A stretch of DNA of 64,000 bases from Dehalococcoidia bacterium (GTDB taxonomy: Bacteria; Chloroflexota; Dehalococcoidia; Lucifugimonadales; UBA1123): positions 3,243,621 to 3,307,620 of the forward strand of contig OY761144.1 of NCBI GenBank assembly GCA_963664365.1, in the 5' to 3' direction. Each line of letters opens with the position of its first letter. Within the stretch, counting starts at the first letter, position 1. Of this stretch, positions 1-8,765 are shown one piece after another. The translations under genes and the position numbers were made by a program. The notes under the pieces are model-generated. The model had not been told where the DNA came from. It worked only from the letters and a program-made list of their open reading frames with translations, and searched no databases.

Positions 1-2
1 TA

Positions 3-2093
3 GTCGTATTTGCAGGAGCCGCAATGCTGTTGGCGGTCATCGCGGCCTGCGCCGGAGAAACAATCGAGGTCCCCGGCGAGACCGTGGTAGTCGAGAAAGA
101 GGTCATCAAGACCGTCGAGGTCCCGGGCGAGACCGTCGTCAAAGAGGTGATCAAAGAGGTCGAGGTTCCAGGTGAGACCGTGGTGGTGAAGGAAGTGGTA
201 ACCGAGACCGTTGAGGTCCCCGGCGAGACTGTCGTGGTGGAGAAAGAGGTCGTCAAGACCGTCGAGGTGCCCGGCGAGACCGTCACCGTAGAGGTCGTGA
301 AAGAGGTGATGGTCCCCGGCGAGACCGTGGTGGTGGAGAAGGAGGTCGTCAAGACCGTCGAAGTCCCCGGCGAGACCGTGGTAGTCGAGAAAGTGGTAGT
401 GCAAGAGGTGGCGGGTAAGAAGTATGTGACGGACCCCACGACCGGCAACGCGATGAGCGCGCCAGAGTACGGCGGGACATTGACCTACGCTTCCAAGGAA
501 GAGTGGGCGAATCCCGATGTCTTGGTCGCTAATCATTGGGGGGCAATGTTCACCAGGTTTGTTACAGAGAAGATAGGCTTCGCGAACTGGGGAATAGATA
601 GGGCCGAATATAAGTTAGCAGAATGGTCGACGCCTCTATTTGCCATGACAGGTAGTCTGGCGGAAAGCTGGGAAACGCCCGACGACAAAACGATCGTTCT
701 CAACATCCGCAAGGGCGTTCAATGGCACGACAAGGCGCCGATGGACGGTCGGGAGTTGACTGCCCAAGACATCGAGTACAACTTTCACCGTATTACCGGT
801 ATGGGCAGCGGTTTCACCGAACATAGCGGCTTTACTTCGCATTTACACGCTGTGCCATTAGAATCGATAACGGCGACCGACGCTTCGACAGTTGTTTTTA
901 AGCTGAAGGAGCCAAGCCTCGGTGCGCTGATAGGTGTCCTCGACGACTCTATGGCTTGGATGTACCCCCCCGAGGTAATCAAGGAACACGGGGACGTTAC
1001 GGACTGGAGGAACCTGGTCGGCACCGGACCCTTTATGCTGACCGACTATGTCGAGGGCAGCTCTATTACGTGGAGCAAGAATCCTGACTACTGGGGCTAC
1101 GACGAAAAATACCCGCAGAACCGCCTGCCCTATGTTGACGAGATAAGGGCCCCGATTATGCCAGAACCGGCAACATATCTGGCCGCACTGCGCTCGGGTA
1201 AGGTTGATTACGTTGGTAGCGTCGGCGCCGCTAACATAAGGTCTGTCGACCAGGCAGAGAGCCTCAAGAAGACCAACCCCGAAATCGTGATATGGCGGAC
1301 TACCGGTGCGTCGACAACATCTACTGGTCTTAACGTGAATATGCCGCCCTTTAACGACATTAGGGTGCGCAAGGCCATGCAAATGGCACTGGACCTTGAG
1401 ACAATTAACGCTATCTACTTTAGGGGTTATGGAGATATGACTCCTCACGGGCAGGTAGGGAATGCCGTCATCGGGTATTTCATCCCATTTGAACAGTGGC
1501 CCGAAGAGGTGAAGGAAGGTTATAGGTATGATCCGGAAGGTGCCGAAGCGCTGCTTGATGCAGCCGGGTATCCTCGCCTCGCCGACGGCATTAGATTCAA
1601 GACTCTATTCACTGAGAGCGCGCGGTACGACCTGACCTTTAGAGAATTACTCGCTTCATACTGGCGTGACATTGGCGTTGATGTCGAGATTCAAGTATAT
1701 GAATCTGCGGAGCGTGCCGCGATAAGAAAAGCCCGTACTTTCGAAATGATCTACCACGAAATGGCCTATGGGAGTCTGGCTAATCCTCTCTCACCTCCGG
1801 ACCGCTTTCTCTCGTACCGTCCATACAACAGCGTGGCAGCGGAGGACCCGGCTTATGACGCCATGTTTGAAGCCGCCGCCGCCGCTAGCACCATCGAGGA
1901 GCAGCAGAGGCTGGTTAAAGAGCTGGATATGTACGCGATAGAGAGGCACTGGGCCGTATGGGGTGGGATGAGTCCAATATTTGAGGCGACCCAGCCGTGG
2001 CTCGCCGGTTTTAGCGGTGAAAACGCGGGCTTGGCGGTCGTCTTCCCCCGCCTCTGGATTGATTCCCAACTGAAGGAGGCAATTGGTCGTTAG
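3..2093 (+). CDS. ABC transporter substrate-binding lipoprotein, family 5 (peptide/nickel/oligosaccharide type); 5' end lies outside the window
   Basis: ORF 24..2093. The frame stays open back to nt 3 (VVFAGAAMLLAVIAAC-AGE), which aligns with the signal/lipobox end of the paralogue (ILFAAGAALLLMLVMAC-GTE). The mature part resembles family-5 SBPs (WHDKAPMDGRELTAQDIEYNFHR, NPDYWGYDEKYP..LPYVDEI). It is followed by DppB/DppC-type permease genes. Confidence 0.85.
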   Translation, partial: VVFAGAAMLLAVIAACAGETIEVPGETVVVEKEVIKTVEVPGETVVKEVIKEVEVPGETVVVKEVVTETVEVPGETVVVEKEVVKTVEVPGETVTVEVVKEVMVPGETVVVEKEVVKTVEVPGETVVVEKVVVQEVAGKKYVTDPTTGNAMSAPEYGGTLTYASKEEWANPDVLVANHWGAMFTRFVTEKIGFANWGIDRAEYKLAEWSTPLFAMTGSLAESWETPDDKTIVLNIRKGVQWHDKAPMDGRELTAQDIEYNFHRITGMGSGFTEHSGFTSHLHAVPLESITATDASTVVFKLKEPSLGALIGVLDDSMAWMYPPEVIKEHGDVTDWRNLVGTGPFMLTDYVEGSSITWSKNPDYWGYDEKYPQNRLPYVDEIRAPIMPEPATYLAALRSGKVDYVGSVGAANIRSVDQAESLKKTNPEIVIWRTTGASTTSTGLNVNMPPFNDIRVRKAMQMALDLETINAIYFRGYGDMTPHGQVGNAVIGYFIPFEQWPEEVKEGYRYDPEGAEALLDAAGYPRLADGIRFKTLFTESARYDLTFRELLASYWRDIGVDVEIQVYESAERAAIRKARTFEMIYHEMAYGSLANPLSPPDRFLSYRPYNSVAAEDPAYDAMFEAAAAASTIEEQQRLVKELDMYAIERHWAVWGGMSPIFEATQPWLAGFSGENAGLAVVFPRLWIDSQLKEAIGR
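57..410 (+). repeat. In-frame tandem repeat (about 7 units of 45-51 bp) encoding VEVPGETVVVEKEVVKT-like units directly after the lipobox Cys
   Basis: Read directly: ETIEVPGETVVVEKEVIKT / VEVPGETVVKEVIKE / VEVPGETVVVKEVVTET / VEVPGETVVVEKEVVKT / VEVPGETVTVEVVKEVM / VPGETVVVEKEVVKT / VEVPGETVVVEKVVVQEV. Confidence 0.95.
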
Positions 2094-2128
2094 GGGTTTT
2101 ACCCGTTGTGGCTGGCCTCAGGTAAAAA

Positions 2129-2160
2129 GGGAGCTGGGAGGCTCAGGCTTCCCAGCTCCC
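2129..2160 (+). promoter_or_regulatory. Stable intercistronic hairpin between the SBP and first permease gene
   Basis: gggagctggga (2129-2139) pairs perfectly with tcccagctccc (2150-2160) across a 10-nt loop. It lies 36 nt after the SBP stop. No T-tract follows, so it is more likely an mRNA-stability or partial-termination element than a full terminator. Confidence 0.5.
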
Positions 2161-2184
2161 ATACTCATTGAATAAGGTGTCTCC

Positions 2185-3183
2185 GTGAGAGCCTATATCA
2201 TCAGGCGCCTACTGCTGATCCTCCCCACGCTGTTCATATTGAGCATCTTGGTCTTTCTCTCGGTCCGCTTCATCCCGGGCGATACAATAGACGTAATAGT
2301 GGACAGGATGGAGTTTTACTTTGTAGATGTAGACCGTGAAGCTCTTGAGGGTATACTGGGACTAGACGTGCCTGTCTATGTGCAGTATGGACGCTGGATA
2401 GGAGTGTTGCCGACCCCTGACCGGGTTACCGGTGAGTCCCACTTTAAAGGCCTCCTGCAGGGCAGCTTTGGCGAATCACTGATGGGCGGTTGGGCGGTAG
2501 AGGAGAGAATAATAGGTAGATTGCCGGTAACCATTGAGCTTGGCGTCCTGGCAATCGTAATCGGGCTCTTGATAGCCCTGCCGGTCGGCATCTACTCGGC
2601 AATACGGCAGGATACGGCCGCCGACTACGTGGGGCGCTCCATCGCCATCATCGGCCTGGCAACGCCCAACTTCTGGCTGGCCATCATGGTCATGATCTAC
2701 CCGGCAATCTGGTGGGGCTGGTCACCGCCGCTGGAGCTGATTCCTTTCTCCGAAGACCCGCTGGGGAATCTCGGGGTGTTCCTCATTCCCAGCGTGATTC
2801 TGGGGACGGCCTCGGCTGCAGCCACCATGCGGATGACGCGCACCATGATGCTGGAGGTGCTCAGGCAAGACTATATCAGGACCGCATGGTCCAAGGGTCT
2901 CAATGAGAGGGTAGTTATTGTGAGACACGCCGTTAAGAACGCCCTCATCCCGGTCGTGTCCCTGATCGGCCTGCAGCTGCCTATCCTGGTAGGTGGCTCC
3001 GTGATCATGGAGAACATATTCAACCTGCCGGGGCTAGGTCGTCTCCTGCTGGAGTCTCTCGTTGCGAGAGACTACCCGGTGGTCTCCGGAGTAAACCTGG
3101 TTTTCGCCACCATGGTTGTAGGGGTCAATCTAATGATCGACCTGATTTATCCGTACTTAGACCCCAGGGTCCGATACAGCTAA
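2185..3183 (+). CDS. ABC transporter permease (DppB/OppB type)
   Basis: GTG start. Multi-TM protein with the typical N-terminus MRAYIIRRLLLILPTLFILSILVFL..IPGD, the EAA-like region ..MRMTRTMMLEVLRQDYIRTAWSKGL.. and the C-terminus DLIYPYLDPRVRY. Confidence 0.9.
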   Translation: MRAYIIRRLLLILPTLFILSILVFLSVRFIPGDTIDVIVDRMEFYFVDVDREALEGILGLDVPVYVQYGRWIGVLPTPDRVTGESHFKGLLQGSFGESLMGGWAVEERIIGRLPVTIELGVLAIVIGLLIALPVGIYSAIRQDTAADYVGRSIAIIGLATPNFWLAIMVMIYPAIWWGWSPPLELIPFSEDPLGNLGVFLIPSVILGTASAAATMRMTRTMMLEVLRQDYIRTAWSKGLNERVVIVRHAVKNALIPVVSLIGLQLPILVGGSVIMENIFNLPGLGRLLLESLVARDYPVVSGVNLVFATMVVGVNLMIDLIYPYLDPRVRYS

Positions 3184-3214
3184 ATATGAAAGTCCCCTCT
3201 CCCTTGATGCGCTG

Positions 3215-3300
3215 ACAAGGGTAGGCAAGTGTAGAGAACAACTACGAATGTCAGTCAAAATACCCCCTCTCCCTCAGGGAGAGGGTTGGGGTGAGGGTGA
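3215..3300 (+). repeat. Mosaic hairpin repeat element, copy 1 (left flank type A + core hairpin + ttggggtgagggtga)
   Basis: acaagggtaggcaagtgtagagaacaactacgaatgtcagtcaaaataccccctctccctcagggagagggttggggtgagggtga is near-identical in layout to 21578-21663. The core stem is ccctctccc/gggagaggg with loop tca. It sits between the two permease genes. Confidence 0.85.
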
Positions 3301-3311
3301 CCCTCAGAAAC

Positions 3312-4214
3312 ATGAACGACACCACAGACACACAGTCCCCAATAGTCGCGCCAAAGAGACGTTCCCGGCTGGCTGAATTCTTTATCAGGATGGTCAGGGA
3401 GAAACCGCTGGGTACTATCAGCGGGATTATCATATTGATCTTGATTTTTGTGGCTATCTTTGCCGATGTTCTGGCACCTTATCCATATTGGGAAGTGCAT
3501 CTAGTAGACAGGCTGACTGGGCCATCAGCCCAGTATCTGCTGGGTACCGACCAGTTGGGGCGAGACTTCTTGAGCCGCATTATCGTCGGGGCTCGTATTT
3601 CGTTATATGTCGGTCTGGCGGCGACCGCGCTCAATGTTGTCGTCGCTGTCCTGATAGGCGGCATTTCAGGATTCTTTGGGGGTAAACTGGACCTGGCTGC
3701 GCAGAGATTCGTCGATGCCTGGATGGCTTTCCCGGGACTGCTCCTGTTGCTAACCATCATGTCCATCGCGGGGCAGGGTCTATTACAGATCATCGTCGTC
3801 CTGGGGATCGCCGGAGGCATCGGCACCTCAAGAGTAGTCAGAGGCGCCGTTATCGGCATTAAAGAGAATGACTACTTTCTGGCGGCGCGGGCAATTGGGA
3901 GCCAAAGCGCCGCAACGCTGATTCGGCATGTCCTGCCCAATATTGCCGCTCCGGTCATCATCATTTTCACCATCAACATCGGCGGGGTGATTATGTCTGA
4001 GGCCTCTCTGAGCTTCCTGGGATTCGGACTCCCAGTCAAGGTTCCTAGCTGGGGAGGTCTGCTCAGCAGGGAAGGGCGTGAGTTCATGGAGGTGGCCCCA
4101 CGTCTGGCGCTGTGGCCCGGTCTTTGCCTGACTACTGTCGTTTACTGTTTCAATATGTTCGGCGACGCCATGCGGGACCTCCTCGACCCCAGGCTCAGGG
4201 GCGGCGAAGGATAG
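3312..4214 (+). CDS. ABC transporter permease (DppC/OppC type)
   Basis: The ORF track starts at GTG 3291, inside the repeat element. ATG 3312 (MNDTTDTQSP..) is more plausible. Typical DppC features: ..REKPLGTISGIIILILIFVAIFADVLAPY.., LLGTDQLGRDFLSRII.GAR, C-terminus FGDAMRDLLDPRLRG. Confidence 0.88.
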   Translation: MNDTTDTQSPIVAPKRRSRLAEFFIRMVREKPLGTISGIIILILIFVAIFADVLAPYPYWEVHLVDRLTGPSAQYLLGTDQLGRDFLSRIIVGARISLYVGLAATALNVVVAVLIGGISGFFGGKLDLAAQRFVDAWMAFPGLLLLLTIMSIAGQGLLQIIVVLGIAGGIGTSRVVRGAVIGIKENDYFLAARAIGSQSAATLIRHVLPNIAAPVIIIFTINIGGVIMSEASLSFLGFGLPVKVPSWGGLLSREGREFMEVAPRLALWPGLCLTTVVYCFNMFGDAMRDLLDPRLRGGEG

Positions 4215-4220
4215 GGCCTG

Positions 4221-4259
4221 CCCCGTACCACGAAACGGGGCGGCCACTGGGACCGCCCC
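4221..4259. terminator. Overlapping GC hairpins between convergent genes (possible bidirectional terminator)
   Basis: ccccgt..acgggg (4221-4240) and ggggcgg..ccgcccc (4237-4259) share the gggg run. They lie between the permease stop (4214) and the stop of the convergent TPP-enzyme gene (4283). Confidence 0.4.
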
Positions 4260-4282
4260 GCCCGTTCACAGGTGACTTACTC

Positions 4283-5929
4283 CTACCGCCAGTAGCGGGA
4301 CAGGTTCTCCTCTTCCTTGGTCATCATCTCCAAGAGGGCGGGTCTGCCATCTCGGTTGGCGGCGAGGCCCCGTTGGACGGCGGCTGCCATCTCATTGGGG
4401 TCGGAGACCTTCTCGCCGTATGCGCCAAGTCCGCGAGCGACCTCGGCGTACTCGCCTCCGAGGGCGTTGCTGCCCCAGCGCTCGGTCGCGTATGGCATGT
4501 GGTCGTAGTAGTGGGTCATGACGCCGTTGTTGAGCACCACGGTGAGAATGGGCAGCTCGGACCTGGTCGCGGTCTCGATGTCGAGGCCTGCCATGCCGAA
4601 CGCGGCATCTCCCATGATGTTGATAACCTGCTTCTCCGGCGCAGCCATCTTTGCGCCAAGCGCGAGTCCCAGCCCGTAGCCAAGCTGTGTCGATTTGCCC
4701 CACCCGATGTAGTTTCGGGGCGTGACGGCGGGCCAGAAGGGCACGATCTGCTCGCGCGGGTAGCCGGAGTCGTGGGTGATGATCGTCTCGCGAACGTCCA
4801 CCGCCTTCATCAACTCGGTGAAGACGCGGTACGGGCTGATCGGTACCTCGTCCGAGTTGAGCGAGGGCGACCACTCTTCCATCCACTGCGCCTTGATCCT
4901 GGCAATCTCGTCACGGACGCCGTGAACGTCGCCGCGTCCGTGCTCGCCGACCTGACTCTTGACCTCCTCGATCATCTGCCGGAGCACGATCTTCGCGTCG
5001 CCTATCGCGCCGTACTGCGCGCGGTAGTCCTTGTTCACGTCCTCCGCGCAGTTGGTGGAATGGGCGATGGTCACGCCGGACGGCATGGGCGCGGTGAAGT
5101 TGGAGATTGTAAGGCTCGACCCCATGCCCAGAATGAAGTCGGTCTTCTGAAGGAATTGGGCGCACATGAGCGTGCCCGACGATGCCCCGGTGCCCAGGGC
5201 GAGCGGGTGGTCCTCTGGGAACGCGCTCTTGCCCGCGAGAGTGGTCATGACCGGAACATTGGTCAACTCTGCGAACTCCACGAGGTCGTCCGTCGCCTCT
5301 GCGTAGAGCACTCCCTGTCCGGCGTTGATCACGGGGTTGTCAGCGGCCAGAAGAGCCGCAACGAGGTCGCGGACGTCCTCGGCGCTCGCCCCCGACTTGT
5401 ACGGCTTCACAGGCTCGTAATCCTCGACTAGTGAATCGGGCACGTCCTGCCCCATGACGTCACCGGGCAACTCGAGCAGAACCGGACCGAGCCTGCCGTG
5501 CTTGAGTTGGCTGAAGGCCATGGCCAGAAGATCGGAGGTGCGGTCGGGGCTGTTGAGGAGCGCCATCCACTTGGTGATGCCGCCGTAGTTCTTGACGGCC
5601 TCGAAGTTGGGATGGACGTCCGTCCGGTGGGCCGGCTGTCCGCCGGGCAGGCACAGGATCGGGACCGAGTCCGCGTAAGCCTGCGCGACTCCGCCGAAGG
5701 CGTTTTCCGAGCCTGGTCCTGTCTGCATTGTAAACACGCCGATCGTGTTGCCGTTCTTGATGCGGCTGAAACCGTCGGCCATATTGACGCCTGCCCGCTC
5801 CTGCCGGGACAGAATCGGCCTGATGTCCTCTCGCGCGCAGGCGTCGATAAGAGGCTGCGCCGGGAACGCGGCCACCCACTCGACTCCCTCTTTCTTCAGT
5901 ATCTTCGCTATTGCTTGGTATCCGTTCAA
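4283..5929 (-). CDS. Thiamine-diphosphate-dependent enzyme of the acetolactate-synthase-like family (substrate unknown)
   Basis: N-terminus MNGYQAIAKILKKEGVEWVAAFPAQPLIDA..RQERAGVNMADGFSRI..GVFTMQTGPGSENAFGGVAQAYADSVPIL. The C-terminal TPP motif GDAAFGMAGLDIETATRSELPILTVVLNNG is present. Confidence 0.8.
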   Translation of the reverse strand: MNGYQAIAKILKKEGVEWVAAFPAQPLIDACAREDIRPILSRQERAGVNMADGFSRIKNGNTIGVFTMQTGPGSENAFGGVAQAYADSVPILCLPGGQPAHRTDVHPNFEAVKNYGGITKWMALLNSPDRTSDLLAMAFSQLKHGRLGPVLLELPGDVMGQDVPDSLVEDYEPVKPYKSGASAEDVRDLVAALLAADNPVINAGQGVLYAEATDDLVEFAELTNVPVMTTLAGKSAFPEDHPLALGTGASSGTLMCAQFLQKTDFILGMGSSLTISNFTAPMPSGVTIAHSTNCAEDVNKDYRAQYGAIGDAKIVLRQMIEEVKSQVGEHGRGDVHGVRDEIARIKAQWMEEWSPSLNSDEVPISPYRVFTELMKAVDVRETIITHDSGYPREQIVPFWPAVTPRNYIGWGKSTQLGYGLGLALGAKMAAPEKQVINIMGDAAFGMAGLDIETATRSELPILTVVLNNGVMTHYYDHMPYATERWGSNALGGEYAEVARGLGAYGEKVSDPNEMAAAVQRGLAANRDGRPALLEMMTKEEENLSRYWR

Positions 5930-5996
5930 TGGTTTTCTCCTTGTCTCATTTTGCTAGTCGTGTTGGAAGTCGATTCTGACTGTACGTAGTAGCCGA

Positions 5997-6440
5997 TCAC
6001 CCATCGCCGCGGTCTCTGAAGAAGGGACGCGCGCGTGGCGGACGGATGGAAATGTCGCCGTTGGGAGGCGGCAAGCGCTCAAGCAGGCCGACAAGCTCCT
6101 TCATGTTGTCTATGCTTTCTCTGACCTCATCTTCGGGCATCCATGCCTCGTAGAAGTTCGCATGAAGACTCTCGCCACTCCTGAACAACTCGCCAATTCT
6201 AGCCTGTCCCGTCTCATTCACGAGATGTCGGGCAACCAAGCGCACTTCCCAGTGGCTTGAGTGCCGCAATCCGCGCAATGCTCCCATTGCCTTGAGACTC
6301 TGGGACGCCGAGCCCCAAGCCTTTTCTGAGGCCTGAAGAAAGTCTCCCTTCTCGAACTCGTCATCCGCCTGACGCATGAGACGGCGCGAGGTCTCTCTGT
6401 ACTCCTCAGCGAGGGATTCATGAGTGGTGTATGTGGTCAT
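5997..6440 (-). CDS. PaREP1-family (HEPN-superfamily-like) protein
   Basis: GDFLQASEKAWGSASQSLKAMGALRGLRHSSHWEV..LHANFYEAWMPEDEV matches my memory of the PaREP1 pattern (..QASEKLWGA..K..A...G..HSSH.....L..ESLH.NFYE..). There is no adjacent nucleotidyltransferase gene. Confidence 0.6.
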   Translation of the reverse strand: MTTYTTHESLAEEYRETSRRLMRQADDEFEKGDFLQASEKAWGSASQSLKAMGALRGLRHSSHWEVRLVARHLVNETGQARIGELFRSGESLHANFYEAWMPEDEVRESIDNMKELVGLLERLPPPNGDISIRPPRARPFFRDRGDG

Positions 6441-6530
6441 TCATGTATCCTGTGGTCATCGGACTCATTCGTCCCGGATTCGCGCGTACTATACGGGCTG
6501 AGATGGAACGGGTCAAGAAACAACAGCGTC

Positions 6531-7832
6531 CTACGGAACCGGCCTCCTGCCCACTCCGACGTACTCGAACCCCAGCCTGTCCATTTCGCCCGGATCCAGA
6601 GCGTTCCTGCCGTCGAATACCAGCCGAGGGGGCGTCATGCACCGCGCCACGATCTGCCAGTCGGACTCGACTATCTCATCCCACTCCGTCAGCAGCGCCA
6701 CCGCCTGCGCCCGATCCGCGGCCTCCTCCACACTCTCCACCATCTTGACCGACGAAGGCAGCGCCGATCGCGCCGACTCCATCGCCTGTGGATCGAACGC
6801 CCGCACCTCGACGCCTTCGTCCACGAGCGCCCGTATCAGGTCCAGCGACGGAGCGTCCCGGACGTCGTCGGTCTCCGGCTTGAACGCCAGTCCAAGCGCC
6901 CCCACTCTCAGGCCGGCCAGCGCGCCCTCGAACCGTTGGCGCAAAGCGTGAAGCGGCAGAAGCCTCTGCCTGTTGTTCGTGTTGATGACCGACCTCAGCA
7001 AATCCACGTCAACGCCGCTCGTCAGCGCCAGGTGGTCGAGCGCGCGAACGTCCTTCGGAAAGCAGGACCCCCCGTATCCCACGCCCGCATGGATCTTGGC
7101 GCCCGTCCTAGAGTCCAGCGCCAAGCCTTCGCTCACGTCGTCTATCGACGCCCCGATCGACCCGCAAATCGAGGCTATCTCGTTGATGAACGATATCCGA
7201 GTCGCCAGAAAAGCGTTGCTCGCGTACTTGATCATCTCCGCGCTCGTAATGTCCGTGACCATATACGGCGCCTCGATGCCTGTGTGCATACCCATCACGA
7301 CATCGGCCGATCGCTTGTCACTCGAATCGACGCCGATCACGATCCGGTCCGGCGATTTCCAGTCCTCCACCGCCCTGCCCTCGCGCAGAAACTCCGGATT
7401 CGACGCGTACCCGATACCCGTCCCCTTCAACTCTCGCTCCAATATCCTCCGACCCGTGCCCGGTGGAACGGTGCTCTTCATCACGACGACGAGGTCCTCG
7501 GAGCCGAGCGACCTGACCCACTCCACGGCGGCCCTCACCTGCTGAAGATCGGCTGCCCCGCCGTGCGTGGGAGGCGTGCCCGTCGCGATGAGCGCGGCGT
7601 CGCCGGGGTCTTCGGCTGCGTCGTCCCGATGCCTGAACCGAAGCGCCCCGCTTCGCAGACCGGACGCCACCTTGCTCCCTAAACCCGGCTCGTACATCGG
7701 CGCTCGGCCCGCGCCGAGCGTATCGATCCGACTCCGGTCGATGTCTATTCCCACAACGTCGTGGCCCGCTTCCGCCAGTCCGGCGGCGGCAACCGTGCCC
7801 ACATATCCAAGTCCGACGACGGTTATCTTCAA
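6531..7832 (-). CDS. ugd: UDP-glucose/GDP-mannose 6-dehydrogenase family
   Basis: MKITVVGLGYVGTVAAAGLAEAGHDVVGIDID (Rossmann N-terminus), the catalytic-Cys region GVGYGGSCFPKDV, and a C-terminal UDP-binding domain. Confidence 0.88.
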   Translation of the reverse strand: MKITVVGLGYVGTVAAAGLAEAGHDVVGIDIDRSRIDTLGAGRAPMYEPGLGSKVASGLRSGALRFRHRDDAAEDPGDAALIATGTPPTHGGAADLQQVRAAVEWVRSLGSEDLVVVMKSTVPPGTGRRILERELKGTGIGYASNPEFLREGRAVEDWKSPDRIVIGVDSSDKRSADVVMGMHTGIEAPYMVTDITSAEMIKYASNAFLATRISFINEIASICGSIGASIDDVSEGLALDSRTGAKIHAGVGYGGSCFPKDVRALDHLALTSGVDVDLLRSVINTNNRQRLLPLHALRQRFEGALAGLRVGALGLAFKPETDDVRDAPSLDLIRALVDEGVEVRAFDPQAMESARSALPSSVKMVESVEEAADRAQAVALLTEWDEIVESDWQIVARCMTPPRLVFDGRNALDPGEMDRLGFEYVGVGRRPVP

Positions 7833-7841
7833 CTCCGCTCC

Positions 7842-8765
7842 TTAGGATTGCGCTCGCTCCCAGCGTCTGACAACCTCTTCGATTCCCTCAGACGCCGGGA
7901 TTAGCGGCTCCCAGCCGATCATCGCTTTCGCCTTCGAGTAGTCCGCCGACTTTCGCAGCTCCTCGAACTCGCCCCTCGGATTCGGGATGACATGCTCGAT
8001 CTCGCCGCCGACCATCGCGGCGATGTCGTTGACCGAGGTCTCCTCTTCAGGGCCGATGTTGAGCGCGAAGTTCTCCCCCGACGGCAGGATGGCGGTCGAA
8101 GCCAGCAAGTTGGCCCGGACGACGTCCGAAACGTGCGTATAGCCCCTTGTCTGATTGCCGTCTCCATATACCGTCAACGGCCTACCCGCGTCCCGAAGCC
8201 GCAGAAAGTGAGGTATCACCAGCACGTAAGCGCCCTCCGTCGCCTGTCTCGGACCGTACACGTTGAAGTACCGCAGAGAGACGACCCGCATATCGAACAG
8301 CCGCGCGAACATGTCCGCGTACTGCTCCCCGATTAGCTTCTGAAGCGCATACGGCGATTTGGGATTCGGCGTCATATCCTCGCGCATCGCGTGAGTCGCC
8401 TGGTCTCCGTACACGCTCGACGAGGACGAGTAGATGACGCGGCCAACGCCGTTCTCCCTGGCCGCCTGCAGCACGTTCAGCGTGCCGTTCACGTTCACGT
8501 CGTGAGTCCCTACGGGGTCTTGGATCGAGCGCGGAATCCGCGCCCAAGCCGCCGTGTGGAACACGCAGTCCGCCCCCTCCGTGGCGGCGCCGACCTGGTC
8601 GAAATCCGTCACCGAGCCTTCGATCAGGGTTGCCGCAGAGTTAAGGTGCGCCGCCTCGCCGGTCGAAAGATCGTCGAGGACCGCCACATCATGGCCGAGT
8701 TCTACCAGATTGTCGACGAGATGCGAGCCGATGAAGCCGCAACCGCCGGTCACAACGTGTTTCAT
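7842..8765 (-). CDS. NAD-dependent nucleotide-sugar epimerase/dehydratase (SDR family; UDP-glucuronate decarboxylase- or 4-epimerase-like)
   Basis: MKHVVTGGCGFIGSHLV (GxxGxxG) and the YxxxK motif in SPYALQKLIGE. It lies 9 nt downstream of ugd on the same strand. Confidence 0.85.
   Translation of the reverse strand: MKHVVTGGCGFIGSHLVDNLVELGHDVAVLDDLSTGEAAHLNSAATLIEGSVTDFDQVGAATEGADCVFHTAAWARIPRSIQDPVGTHDVNVNGTLNVLQAARENGVGRVIYSSSSSVYGDQATHAMREDMTPNPKSPYALQKLIGEQYADMFARLFDMRVVSLRYFNVYGPRQATEGAYVLVIPHFLRLRDAGRPLTVYGDGNQTRGYTHVSDVVRANLLASTAILPSGENFALNIGPEEETSVNDIAAMVGGEIEHVIPNPRGEFEELRKSADYSKAKAMIGWEPLIPASEGIEEVVRRWERAQS

Noticed and set aside
4112-5431. A 439-aa plus-strand ORF. Similar large shadow ORFs occur at 6420-7682, 12935-13891, 35020-35982, 36091-36933, 39852-40754, 48931-50145 and 61379-62734.
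   Set aside because: Each lies opposite a gene with clear family motifs and has an arginine/histidine/proline-rich composition typical of antisense frames. None has an independent start context.
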